Assembly (NCBI GenBank): GCA_038321985.1
Contig: JBBQFN010000001.1
Coordinates: 416,001-480,000, forward strand
Direction of reading: 5' to 3'
Source: Cyanophyceae cyanobacterium
Lineage (GTDB): Bacteria > Cyanobacteriota > Cyanobacteriia > Cyanobacteriales > Laspinemataceae
Length of the DNA stretch: 64,000 nucleotides
Made by a program: the position numbers and the translations under genes. Below the pieces are notes generated by a model. That model was not told the origin of the DNA. It saw nothing but the letters and a program-made list of their open reading frames with translations, and ran no database searches. This document shows, one piece after another, positions 51,625 to 61,042 of the stretch (position 1 is the first letter of the stretch; the number at the start of each line of letters is the position of its first letter).

Positions 51625-52356
51625 ATGAGTGAGTTTGTTTACCACTATCCCCCCTTATTTCCAGGTACGTTACTCAAGCGGTATAAGCGCTTTTTAGCCG
51701 ATATCAAACTGGATAGCGGTGAAGAAATTACCGTACATTGTGCTAATCCGGGGAAAATGTTAGGCTTATCAACCCCAGGTAGTCGGGTGATGGTGTCTCT
51801 TAGTAGCAATGCAAAGCGCAAGTTGCCTTATAGTTTGGAATTAGTCGCCGCCGAAGAGAACGAGGATACTTGGGTGGGGGTGAATACCAGTTTGCCGAAT
51901 CAAGTGATTAAATTAGCATTGGCACAGCGACTGTTTCCGGGATTGGGGGAGTATCACACGATTAAGCCGGAGGTAGTTTACGGGCGCGATCGCAAAAGTC
52001 GAGTTGATTTTTTCTTGACGGGAACGGAGGGAACGATGCCAATTTATTTGGAGGTTAAAAATGTGACTTGGGCGCAGGGACGAAAAGGTTTATTTCCCGA
52101 TGCGGTGACTACCCGAGGACAAAAGCATTTATTAGAATTAGTGGATGTGATCGAAAAACATTCGGCCAGGGCAGTGGCGTTATTTTTTATTAGTCGCGGG
52201 GATTGTGATACCTTTGGGCCGGGAGATGCAGCAGATCCAGTTTATGGGAAGTTATTACGCGAAGCGGTTGTTAAAGGGTTAGAAATTTTGCCCTGTCGGT
52301 TTGAATTAACGCCGGAGGGGGTGAAGTATTTAGGGTTGAGTGAGGTAGAGTTTTAG
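51625..52356 (+). CDS. sfsA: Sugar fermentation stimulation protein A (PD-(D/E)XK nuclease fold)
   Basis: KRYKRFLAD, HCANPG.M, SRVDF, YLEVKNVT, FPDAVTTRGQKHL. ATG at 51625 preferred. Confidence 0.95.
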   Translation: MSEFVYHYPPLFPGTLLKRYKRFLADIKLDSGEEITVHCANPGKMLGLSTPGSRVMVSLSSNAKRKLPYSLELVAAEENEDTWVGVNTSLPNQVIKLALAQRLFPGLGEYHTIKPEVVYGRDRKSRVDFFLTGTEGTMPIYLEVKNVTWAQGRKGLFPDAVTTRGQKHLLELVDVIEKHSARAVALFFISRGDCDTFGPGDAADPVYGKLLREAVVKGLEILPCRFELTPEGVKYLGLSEVEF

Positions 52357-52401
52357 GAGAGGAGTCGTTACTACAAACAACTCCCCCTGAGGACTTGGGA
52401 T

Positions 52402-53748
52402 TTATGTAGTCAGGGCCGGGACTCTCACATCTAGGCGAGTGCGCCAGCTTGCTAGGTGAGATAGGGAGCGATCGCGATATTTGCCGTAGCGTTCGGGTTT
52501 GCTTTTGATTTTTTGCGGAAAGGGCGGCAAAATCCCAAAGTTAGGCGGCATGGGTTGGAAGTGTTTGGGCGAGGCGGAAGTGATAAAGTAAAATAACGCT
52601 CCCATCATTGTTGTATAAGGTAGCCACACGGGTTTTAACCCCAGTGCTAATCGGGCAGCATTGGTTCCGGCTAACCAGCCTCCGGCTGAGGCTGCGGTAT
52701 AGCCTTCAGTGCCGGTGAGTTGTCCGGCAGCTAAAAGGGTCGATCGCGTTTTGAATTGTAAGGTTCGGTCTAACAATTGCGGGGAATTAATAAAGGTATT
52801 CCGGTGCATTACCCCCATGCGCACAAATTCAGCATTTTCTAATCCGGGAATTAATTGGAAGACTCGCTTTTGTTCTCCCCACCGTAAATTAGTTTGAAAT
52901 CCGACCATGTTCCAAAGTTGTCCGGCTTTGTCTTCCTGGCGCAATTGCACCACGGCATAGGGACGATTTTCGCAGCGTGGGTCACTCAATCCCACGGGCT
53001 TTACGGGACCGTAACGCATGGTATCTTCCCCCCGTTTTGCCATTTCTTCAATGGGCAAACAGGCTTCAAAAAATTTCGAGGTTTCCCGATCAAAGTCTTT
53101 TAATTCTGCTTGTTCGGCTTTGCACAATTCCTGCCAAAAATGCAGGTATTGTTCCTTGTTCATAGGACAATTGATATAGTCTGCATCCCCTTTGTCATAC
53201 CGAGAGGCGCGGAAGGCAATATCCAGATTGATAGAGTCTCCGACAACGATGGGGCTGGCGGCATCAAAAAAGCTCATGTATTCCATGCCGGTGAAGCGTT
53301 GCAAGTCGGCGGCTAAGGCTGGAGTGGTTAGGGGTCCGGTGGTGAGGACGACGATGCCATCTGGGGGAATTTCTGGGGCTTCTTCTCGGCGCAGATCGAT
53401 TAACGGGTGGTTGGCTAAGGTTGCGGTGAGTTCGTGACTGAAGACGCCGCGATCGACGGCTAAAGCACCACCTGCGGGGACTTGATGGGTATCGGCGGTA
53501 CCGATGACGATCGACCCGAGTTGGCGCAGTTCTTCATGCAGCAATCCAGCCGCGCGATCGCTGGCTTTGGCCCCAAAGGAGTTACTGCATACCAGTTCGG
53601 CAAATTCCCCAGTATGATGAGCGGGGGTCATTTGGACTGGACGCATTTCATAGAGGACGACGGGTACCCCAGCGCGGGCAATTTGCCACGCTGCTTCGGT
53701 GCCTGCAAGTCCGGCACCAATGACTGTAACGGGTTGTTTGTCGTTCAT
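52402..53748 (-). CDS. trmFO: tRNA (uracil-54-C5)-methyltransferase, FAD/methylene-THF dependent
   Basis: [39 protein letters not shown]. Confidence 0.97.
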   Translation of the reverse strand: MNDKQPVTVIGAGLAGTEAAWQIARAGVPVVLYEMRPVQMTPAHHTGEFAELVCSNSFGAKASDRAAGLLHEELRQLGSIVIGTADTHQVPAGGALAVDRGVFSHELTATLANHPLIDLRREEAPEIPPDGIVVLTTGPLTTPALAADLQRFTGMEYMSFFDAASPIVVGDSINLDIAFRASRYDKGDADYINCPMNKEQYLHFWQELCKAEQAELKDFDRETSKFFEACLPIEEMAKRGEDTMRYGPVKPVGLSDPRCENRPYAVVQLRQEDKAGQLWNMVGFQTNLRWGEQKRVFQLIPGLENAEFVRMGVMHRNTFINSPQLLDRTLQFKTRSTLLAAGQLTGTEGYTAASAGGWLAGTNAARLALGLKPVWLPYTTMMGALFYFITSASPKHFQPMPPNFGILPPFPQKIKSKPERYGKYRDRSLSHLASWRTRLDVRVPALTT

Positions 53749-53864
53749 AAAAACTGGATCCTGTAGGTCTGATCGGAGAGGGAAAAAATGCGAGAAATGG
53801 CGTATAGAGGGGTCTAAGAGGCGACTGCCTCTCTATTCAGTCGCACCCAGAGACTGATTCCCTT

Positions 53865-55355
53865 TTAGATTATATTTAACAACTGGGTTAGGAGTCGCGG
53901 TGCCGGTAAGACGATCGCCAAGAACAAGGCGATCGCCAGCAACCCTAGGACATCCCGGCGCGTGTCTAATTCGCTGATATCATTGAGGGCTGGGGAATCC
54001 ACAATGGGCATGAAGAATAACAGCAGCGCCCAGATAATCCATCCCTGTTGCACGAAAGAGAGTCCTAGGAATACAAACCGGGCCATTTGCCCGATTCGGG
54101 TGGCTTTCACCTGCCCAAACATGGCATGGACGATATGCCCTCCATCTAATTGACCTACGGGAATTAGGTTTAAGGCGGTGGCGATTAAACCAATATAGCC
54201 GGCGACGGCAACGGGATGTAAGGCGATCGCACTGGTTACGCCAAGTTGCGACCCTAGGGCTACTTTACTCAGCAGGGTGAGGATCAAGGAACTTTTTGGG
54301 TCTAAGGCAGCAATATCAAACATTCCCCCATTCCCTGGCATGGGGACAACGATAGAGTGAATTAATCCCCACAACAACAGAGGAAGGGTGACCACAAATC
54401 CAGCCAGAGGACCGGCAATGCTGACATCAAATAAGACTTTCCGATTCGGCATCGGCGACTGGATTTTAATGAACGCCCCAAAGGTGCCTAAGAAAATGGG
54501 GAAGGGAATAAAATAAGGCAGAGTGGTCTTAATTTTATAAAAAACTGCTGCCAGATAGTGACCGGATTCGTGGATGCCAAGGATGACCATCAGTGCCAAA
54601 GCGTAGGGTAAACCCTGGAGTAATAAGTTAGGGTCCGATTGCACCTGGTCGGGAGAAATTCCGGCAATTTGGGTCCCGACAATGGTTGTGGTAAATAGGG
54701 TGATCACGGCTAGTAAGAGGGCGAGTCCAGGTTTCCTTAAGTCCTCGCTGGGTTCGGTTTGTTCCGAATTGGGAACTAAGATAAAAAATGCCTTGCCTTT
54801 GATATCTTCCTGAAAAATAGTTAAGAAGCGATCGCCAAATTTATCTTCTATTTTGTCTCGAATGCGTTGATAAGCTAACTCCGGCGGCGATCGCAACTGA
54901 CCCCGACAGATGACAGCTTGCGGACGGTAATTAATCTGATGCAGGGCGTAAACAGTCCAATCAAAACAAGCGCGTAATTCCTGTTCTTCCCGTTCATCAA
55001 GGGCTCGTACTTCCGGGGGAGTGGCAGGAGGACCTAAGCGAGATACAGCTTTGATTCCGGCTGATTCCGGGGCTGGATCCCCTCCTGAGTCCTGTTCTGA
55101 TTGGGGGCGTATATCCCGGCGACCCCAGAAAAACAGCACCCAATACACGAGAGGCGACACCAAAAATGAACCAAGGGCAACTTCAGTGGGTAAGGGGCTG
55201 CGATCGCCATGAATGACAAACCAGGCAATCCACAGGAATGCTGGGGCCATTAACACCAACCACAAAACCCAAACCGGAGTGCGCGTCAGGTGTGCCACAC
55301 GCTGCCGCAAAATAATGTATGTAATAAATCCGAGAAGCAGTAACCAGAGAACCAT
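53865..55355 (-). CDS. Site-2 protease (M50) family membrane metalloprotease
   Basis: HESGH, GTFGAFI, SIAGP and NLIPVGQLDGGH motifs. ATG at 55355 preferred. Confidence 0.93.
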   Translation of the reverse strand: MVLWLLLLGFITYIILRQRVAHLTRTPVWVLWLVLMAPAFLWIAWFVIHGDRSPLPTEVALGSFLVSPLVYWVLFFWGRRDIRPQSEQDSGGDPAPESAGIKAVSRLGPPATPPEVRALDEREEQELRACFDWTVYALHQINYRPQAVICRGQLRSPPELAYQRIRDKIEDKFGDRFLTIFQEDIKGKAFFILVPNSEQTEPSEDLRKPGLALLLAVITLFTTTIVGTQIAGISPDQVQSDPNLLLQGLPYALALMVILGIHESGHYLAAVFYKIKTTLPYFIPFPIFLGTFGAFIKIQSPMPNRKVLFDVSIAGPLAGFVVTLPLLLWGLIHSIVVPMPGNGGMFDIAALDPKSSLILTLLSKVALGSQLGVTSAIALHPVAVAGYIGLIATALNLIPVGQLDGGHIVHAMFGQVKATRIGQMARFVFLGLSFVQQGWIIWALLLFFMPIVDSPALNDISELDTRRDVLGLLAIALFLAIVLPAPRLLTQLLNII

Positions 55356-55358
55356 GCT

Positions 55359-56015
55359 ATGCCCAAACAACCACGGGCTGTCTTTGATGATATTTTTGCC
55401 TTTTCTCCCAATCGAGAGACTTTAGGCGCGACAGCTTATCTCATTGTAGAAAATAACGCCAATATCCTGGTGGATTGTCCTGCCTGGGATGAATCGACCG
55501 AAGAATTCTTGAATCAGCAAGGGGGCGTGCGTTGGCTGTTTCTGACCCATCGCGGCGGCATTTCCAAGGTCAAGGAAATTCAAAAAGCAACCGGCTGTGA
55601 AGTCATCATTCAAGAGTGGGAGGCCTATTTGCTGCCCCAATTGACGGTGCAGACGTTTGAGAACGATTGCACCCTTAGCCCCAGTTGTCAGGGGATTTGG
55701 ACCCCCGGTCATTCTCCCGGGTCTTCCTGTTTATATTATGGGGGTCACGGCGGGGTTTTATTGGTGGGGCGGCATTTACTTCCAAATGCGGCGGGAGAAC
55801 CCATGCCTTTGCGAACCTCGAAAACCTTTCATTGGACCCGGCAAATTCAGTCCGTTAAGGTGCTGCAAGAGCGGTTTACACCGGAGAGCTTGCACTATAT
55901 CTGTCCGGGGGCGAATACGGGCTTTTTACGGGGGAAACGGGTCATCGACTGCGCCTATGAGCATCTTTTGGCGATCGATGTCCAAGGGTTGCGGGAGTTA
56001 GAAGCTGTTCTGTGA
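55359..56015 (+). CDS. MBL-fold metallo-hydrolase
   Basis: ILVDCP, LFLTHRG, WTPGHSPGS; the HxHxDH motif is degenerate. Confidence 0.85.
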   Translation: MPKQPRAVFDDIFAFSPNRETLGATAYLIVENNANILVDCPAWDESTEEFLNQQGGVRWLFLTHRGGISKVKEIQKATGCEVIIQEWEAYLLPQLTVQTFENDCTLSPSCQGIWTPGHSPGSSCLYYGGHGGVLLVGRHLLPNAAGEPMPLRTSKTFHWTRQIQSVKVLQERFTPESLHYICPGANTGFLRGKRVIDCAYEHLLAIDVQGLRELEAVL

Positions 56016-56173
56016 CTGTCTCCTGCCATAGCTGAAGCCTCCTCTCTCCTCGTGACTGGGCTTTGCCATGACACGAGGAGGAGGAGAGGGGGGTTACGAA
56101 GCGGGAATTTAGAGTGGTCCACAATTCTTGCTAAAATGCAACCCTGCGTGTCCTTGAATTGTTGGTAAAAATC

Positions 56174-56638
56174 ATGTCCGTTGCAACTCCTTACGCGAAC
56201 GCGCCTGATGTCTCAACCGAAGATTATTTAGTAATCGGGTTAGCTACTTGTTTTCTCAAGCTAGATGGGGAAATTCATCAGGTCCAAGTTATAGAACCGA
56301 TCCCGTCAGCCGCCTTAGAAGCGATTTTTAAGGGAGTTCCCACCTCCTACCAAATGGCTTGGGCCACAACCCTCGGTGCAGTGTTGGAGGGCGATCAGCC
56401 GAAATTCCCCGAGGGGTTCCCCGCTGATGCTCAATTCTGCGATGATTTTCCAGAACGGGCGATCGCGACAGTTCGCACCTATCAACACCGTCCTGAAGCT
56501 TGCGAGGCGATCGCCCTGGGTTCAACTCATAGCGAATTTAACTATTCGATTGAGCGTAAGCGTGTTCTTAATTCCGATAACATTGTTCGCCCGGAGGATA
56601 ACGTTAAGCAACACGAATACACTCATCAGGTCTTGTAA
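56174..56638 (+). CDS. Conserved-looking cyanobacterial hypothetical protein
   Basis: About 154-aa ORF with protein-like composition (GLATCF, EPIPSA, DNVKQH); no family recognised. Confidence 0.7.
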   Translation: MSVATPYANAPDVSTEDYLVIGLATCFLKLDGEIHQVQVIEPIPSAALEAIFKGVPTSYQMAWATTLGAVLEGDQPKFPEGFPADAQFCDDFPERAIATVRTYQHRPEACEAIALGSTHSEFNYSIERKRVLNSDNIVRPEDNVKQHEYTHQVL

Positions 56639-56816
56639 TGGGTCAGAATTGAGTTGGGGGGGGAGTGCGGCTTTAACCCGATGACTTTTCCCAACTGAAT
56701 ATTTATCAAAAATGAGGGATGAATCATTGTTTTATAAGTGATAGTTCATTTCTCATTTTTATGACCCCTTTGATTGAGGGAATCAACCCGAATGCGTTAT
56801 TCAGAAAAATTTAACC

Positions 56817-57572
56817 ATGAGTGAAAATCCACCGCTTTCTTTAGGAGAACAAAATTATCAAGACTTTGCGGAACGCTATGCCGCAGCCATTGAAACTAAA
56901 CCTCATAATGCCTATTATGAACGTCCCGCTACCCTGTCCTTATTGCCTAATGTAGCAGGATTGCGCGTTTTAGATGCGGGATGTGGTCCAGGAATTTATA
57001 CCCACTGGTTGCTCGATCGCGGTGCGGAAGTGGTCGCCTGTGATGTGACACCGAAAATGGTGGAAATTACTCGGCAACGAGTGGGAAATTCTGCTGATGT
57101 ATATTGTGCGGATTTGGATCACCCCCTGAGTTTTGCCGGGGATGGCGAGTTTGATTTAGTGGTTTGTCCCTTGGTGTTGGACTATCTTTTAGACTGGTTG
57201 CCTGTGTTTCAGGAGTTTTTTAGAGTGTTAAAAGCGGGTGGCATTTTAGTATTTTCCTGTGGTAATCCTACCGCAGATTTTATTTATAGTTGCCAGCAAA
57301 AAGGAGAGTTAGCTAATTATTTTGAAGTAGAAGATTTTGTAATGGAATGGCGATTATTTGGCAAGCCTTACCCGATTATTAAATCCTATCGACGACCGTT
57401 ACAAGCAATTTTAAATCCGTTAATGCAGGCGGGGTTTATGTTGGATAAAATCCTGGAAACTCAGCCGACGGAATCTTTTAAAAGAGCGGATGCTGAGGGA
57501 TATGAACATTTGATGCGATCGCCCGGTTTTATTTGTGTTCGTTCGCGCAAATTGGTACAGGTTTTGGGTTAA
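56817..57572 (+). CDS. Class I SAM-dependent methyltransferase
   Basis: VLDAGCGPG motif I; FDLVVC; RVLKAGG. Confidence 0.92.
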   Translation: MSENPPLSLGEQNYQDFAERYAAAIETKPHNAYYERPATLSLLPNVAGLRVLDAGCGPGIYTHWLLDRGAEVVACDVTPKMVEITRQRVGNSADVYCADLDHPLSFAGDGEFDLVVCPLVLDYLLDWLPVFQEFFRVLKAGGILVFSCGNPTADFIYSCQQKGELANYFEVEDFVMEWRLFGKPYPIIKSYRRPLQAILNPLMQAGFMLDKILETQPTESFKRADAEGYEHLMRSPGFICVRSRKLVQVLG

Positions 57573-57653
57573 AAATTGGCAATTTGGTTTTGAATTGAGT
57601 CAGGAATATCATAAACTCAGAATCAGGTGATACTGGATTGACTGGAGGGACAA

Positions 57654-58091
57654 ATGGAACTGATGACGGAACGGATTGAATCAGTTAAAGCAGGGGCGAT
57701 CGCCGGATTTTCCGTGGCAGTCGCCTGGGAGGTGACCGGTTTAGGGAATCAGTTGATATTATCTTCTGGGGTTGAGAGTTGGGCGATTTTCCCCGAATGG
57801 CAGCGCTTGTGGTTAAGTGGTGCAAGTGCGGGGGTTGCCGGCTTTTTGTTTGGGGTGACTTATCGTTATATTATCCGGGATGATGTCAATCCTCACCTGA
57901 AATCGGGGGCAGTATTTGCCTTTGGATTAGTCCGGGGTTTGGCTCAAATTGAGGTAGGATTAAGCAATCAAAGTAATATTTTACCAGTGGTTGTGGCAGC
58001 GATTGAAAGTATTTTAATGTTTGCGGTAGCCAGAGTTTTATTAGATGCTGCGATCGCCCGTCATTGGGTTAAGCCTTTTTCTAATTTCTGA
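57654..58091 (+). CDS. Small membrane protein, hypothetical
   Basis: GGAGG RBS; hydrophobic segments; LFGVTYRYIIR.D.NPHLKSGAV.AFGLVRG motif. Confidence 0.75.
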   Translation: MELMTERIESVKAGAIAGFSVAVAWEVTGLGNQLILSSGVESWAIFPEWQRLWLSGASAGVAGFLFGVTYRYIIRDDVNPHLKSGAVFAFGLVRGLAQIEVGLSNQSNILPVVVAAIESILMFAVARVLLDAAIARHWVKPFSNF

Positions 58092-58115
58092 CTCGCCCTC
58101 CCCTTGCTAAGGGGT

Positions 58116-59310
58116 AGGGCTGTTTCATTCTAAAGGGCAATCGAGAAAAGAAAAGGCGTTCTCTCTGCTATAAAATGGAAGAGAACACCTTATTTTTTTA
58201 AATCATGTCTATTTTAATCGATTTCCTCAAGCAAGTCAAGGACTTCCGAAGAGCCAAAGGAACAAGACATCCACTGTGGTTCATACTACTGATTATTATC
58301 TTGGGACTTATGAACCGCCATGTCGGCTATCGTGCTTTAGGAGATTTTGCTAAATTTAATCGTAAAATTCTTATCAAGATTGGCAGATTAGCTAAAAATA
58401 GAGTGCCACCATATTCTACAATTAGAAGAGCAATGGAAGGGATTAACAATGCTTGTTTAATCGATATTTTTAATCAATGGGCCGCTCAACTCCCTCCGGA
58501 AAATATTTTAGAAAACTGGGTAGCAATTGATGGCAAAAGTATCCGAGCTACGGTTGAAAACTATCGGAATAATCAGCAAAATTTTGTCTCAATTGTTTCG
58601 GCGTTTTGTCAAGAGAATAAATTAGTATTTGCCTTGCATAAATTGGAAAACAAGAAGGGTACGGAAATCAAGGTAGCCAGAAAAATCATTGAAAACCTAC
58701 CTTTTAACAAGGTTGTATTTACGTTTGACGCACTCCATTGCCAAAAAGAAACTGTGAAGCTCATTCGGAATAAGGGGTGTGACTACTTGGTGTCGGTCAA
58801 GGAAAATCAACCTAAACTATATAAGGAAATTCAGAAAATTGCTCAGAAATCAAAGCCCTTAAGCCAGCATCAGTTTTTTGACTCCAAGCATGGTCGCCAG
58901 GTGACGAGAACTATATCGGTATTTCCCGTGAATAAATTCATCACTTCAAACTGGCAGGACTCTCAAGTCTGTATCCAGGTAAAACGAGAGGGGATAAGAG
59001 AAAAAGATAAACCTTATTACCATCTAGCTTATTACTTGTGTAGTCGCCCCGGAAATGCTGAGGTGTTTGCCAAAAAGATTCAAGGTCATTGGTCTATTGA
59101 GAATCAACTACATTGGCCAAAAGATGTGGTTTTACAAGAAGATTCATATCCCATCCATAATCCTGAAGCGGCTACCAACTTGTCAGTTCTTAAAACCCTA
59201 GGAATGAATCTTTTCAGAAGTTTCGGGTTTGACTCAATAACTCAAGCTCAACGTTGGCTGGCTCATCATCCTGAGCGACTCTGTATTTTAGAGAATATTT
59301 AACGGCCTGT
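58116..59310 (+). mobile_element. ISAs1-family insertion sequence; right end degenerate or missing
   Basis: Left end AGGGCTGTTTCATTCTA about 90 bp upstream of the transposase; AT-rich and lacking HIP1. No intact TAGAATGAAACAGCCCT follows the transposase. Confidence 0.85.
58205..59302 (+). CDS. ISAs1-family DDE transposase
   Basis: D.R...G.RH, VAIDGKS, FDALHCQK, VKENQ, HWSIENQLHW.KDV...ED. Confidence 0.95.
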   Translation: MSILIDFLKQVKDFRRAKGTRHPLWFILLIIILGLMNRHVGYRALGDFAKFNRKILIKIGRLAKNRVPPYSTIRRAMEGINNACLIDIFNQWAAQLPPENILENWVAIDGKSIRATVENYRNNQQNFVSIVSAFCQENKLVFALHKLENKKGTEIKVARKIIENLPFNKVVFTFDALHCQKETVKLIRNKGCDYLVSVKENQPKLYKEIQKIAQKSKPLSQHQFFDSKHGRQVTRTISVFPVNKFITSNWQDSQVCIQVKREGIREKDKPYYHLAYYLCSRPGNAEVFAKKIQGHWSIENQLHWPKDVVLQEDSYPIHNPEAATNLSVLKTLGMNLFRSFGFDSITQAQRWLAHHPERLCILENI

Positions 59311-59350
59311 TTTTCAAGGCAATCTACTTTTTCGTCTAAATCTATGACGA

Positions 59351-61042
59351 TTGTATCGTTTAGAGCGAGGTCCTTTTTGTGACAATCGCCAAACTTTAGA
59401 ATTCTGGCAACAAATGGCAGTCAGTTATATTCAAGAAGGCGGTTCCCCTTGTTCCCGATTCCAAGACTACCTGCAAAAAAGCGATCGCCTCATGGGGTAC
59501 AAACTCCAGGATATCTGGAAAGACGGCAAGGCGATCGTCAATGCTAAACATTATACCGAAGACCAACCCTTTCTCGACGCTTCTCGCCAATATTTAACCA
59601 TCAATACTCCCCTCAAAGATTTGATGTTTCGCCACACTCGCGATACCTTGCGCCAATATTATCGCCGAGGTTTGTTGGATCGCGATATTCCCCAACGGGA
59701 AGTGCAGGATCATGCGATCGTCTTAGAAGGCGATCGGGAAATCCCTCTCTATTGCGCTGTCAGTGACTATGTTCGCCACTTTTATAATCGTGCCCAAAAA
59801 GACAACCGCAAAGCGTTAGGATTTCTCATGACCCTCTACCGCAAACGCCTCACCAGTTCCTTTTATGCCATCCGCGAATCTTTGCAACGCCGCCTCAATG
59901 GTATCAGTATTACCGCAGATGACCTCAATGATTTAGAGGATGCCGATGATGCTATTTTAGAAGGAATGGAGTCCTATTTTGAACAAACGGACCCGGAAGA
60001 AATCGCCTATTTAGAAAACTTACTTCGCCAATTTGAAAATACCGGCGATGATAGCAAACTGTCTTATTTTATCACAATTTTGCGCCAGGAACTCAACCAA
60101 CGAGAAAGTGCCATTGTGTTTACCCAATATACGGACACAATGGACTATTTGCGAACTGCCTTACAGCAATTATATGGGTCCCAAGTCGCCTGCTATTCTG
60201 GACGCGGTGGCGAACTTTACGAGGCGGGAACCTAGAAAACCTTGCCCAAAGAGCAAATTAAATCCCAGTTTCGAGAAGGAATCATCAAAATTTTACTCTG
60301 TACCGAATCCGCCTCAGAAGGGCTAAACCTGCAAACTTGCGGCATTTTAATTAACTATGATATGCCTTGGAATCCGATGCGAGTGGAACAAAGAATTGGC
60401 CGATTAGACCGGATTGGGCAACGGTATGAAACGGTGAGAATTCATAACTTTTATTATGATGGGACTGTCGAGGCTAAGGTTTATAAAAAACTGCGCGATC
60501 GCATTAATGCTTTTCAAACCATTGTCGGAAATCTCCAACCCATCCTCGCCCGCGTTCCCACCTTTATTGAACGGGCCGTCATGAGTGCGGACCCGGAAGA
60601 AGAAGGGGTGATGCTGAGTGAATTCGAGACCGTTTTAGACGCGCCGCCCTTACGTCCCGCCCTCGATGAAATGGTACAAATCGATGTAGAATCGGACCTG
60701 AAAGAAATTAGCAAGCCCTTACCATTAACTCCTATTATATCAGAAACCATCCAATATCTATTTATTAATTCTAAACATTTTAAAAAACTTCATATTAAAT
60801 TTTATCCCGTCTCTGAGGGGATATTTCAACTGGTGGATAAGTCTGATAATTATCGGGTTACATTTTCTCCCCAGGTTTACGAAGAAAACCCCTCCTTACA
60901 CTTTTTAAATTTTGGGAATCCCCTATTTGAAAACCTACTGAATCGGCTGGTGAGGAAAACAGCCCTCCGCCAGAGTGACCCTGAAGAAAAAAGCCCTAAA
61001 CTTTCTCCGGTTTCTGCACCACTGCCGGAAGTCGGCAAGTGA
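59351..61042 (+). pseudogene. SNF2-family helicase remnant (5'-truncated, internal TAG)
   Basis: ORFs 59351-60235 and 60242-61042 share a frame and are split by one TAG (likely TGG>TAG). Motifs present: KRLTSS, IVFTQY.DT, TESASEGLNLQ, NYDMPWNPMRVEQRIGRLDRIGQ. Walker A and DEAH motifs are absent. Confidence 0.88.

Noticed and set aside
60233..60235. TAG as programmed read-through (pyrrolysine or recoding)
   Set aside because: The gene is also 5'-truncated, a single TGG>TAG change explains the stop, and other genes here use TAG as a normal stop.
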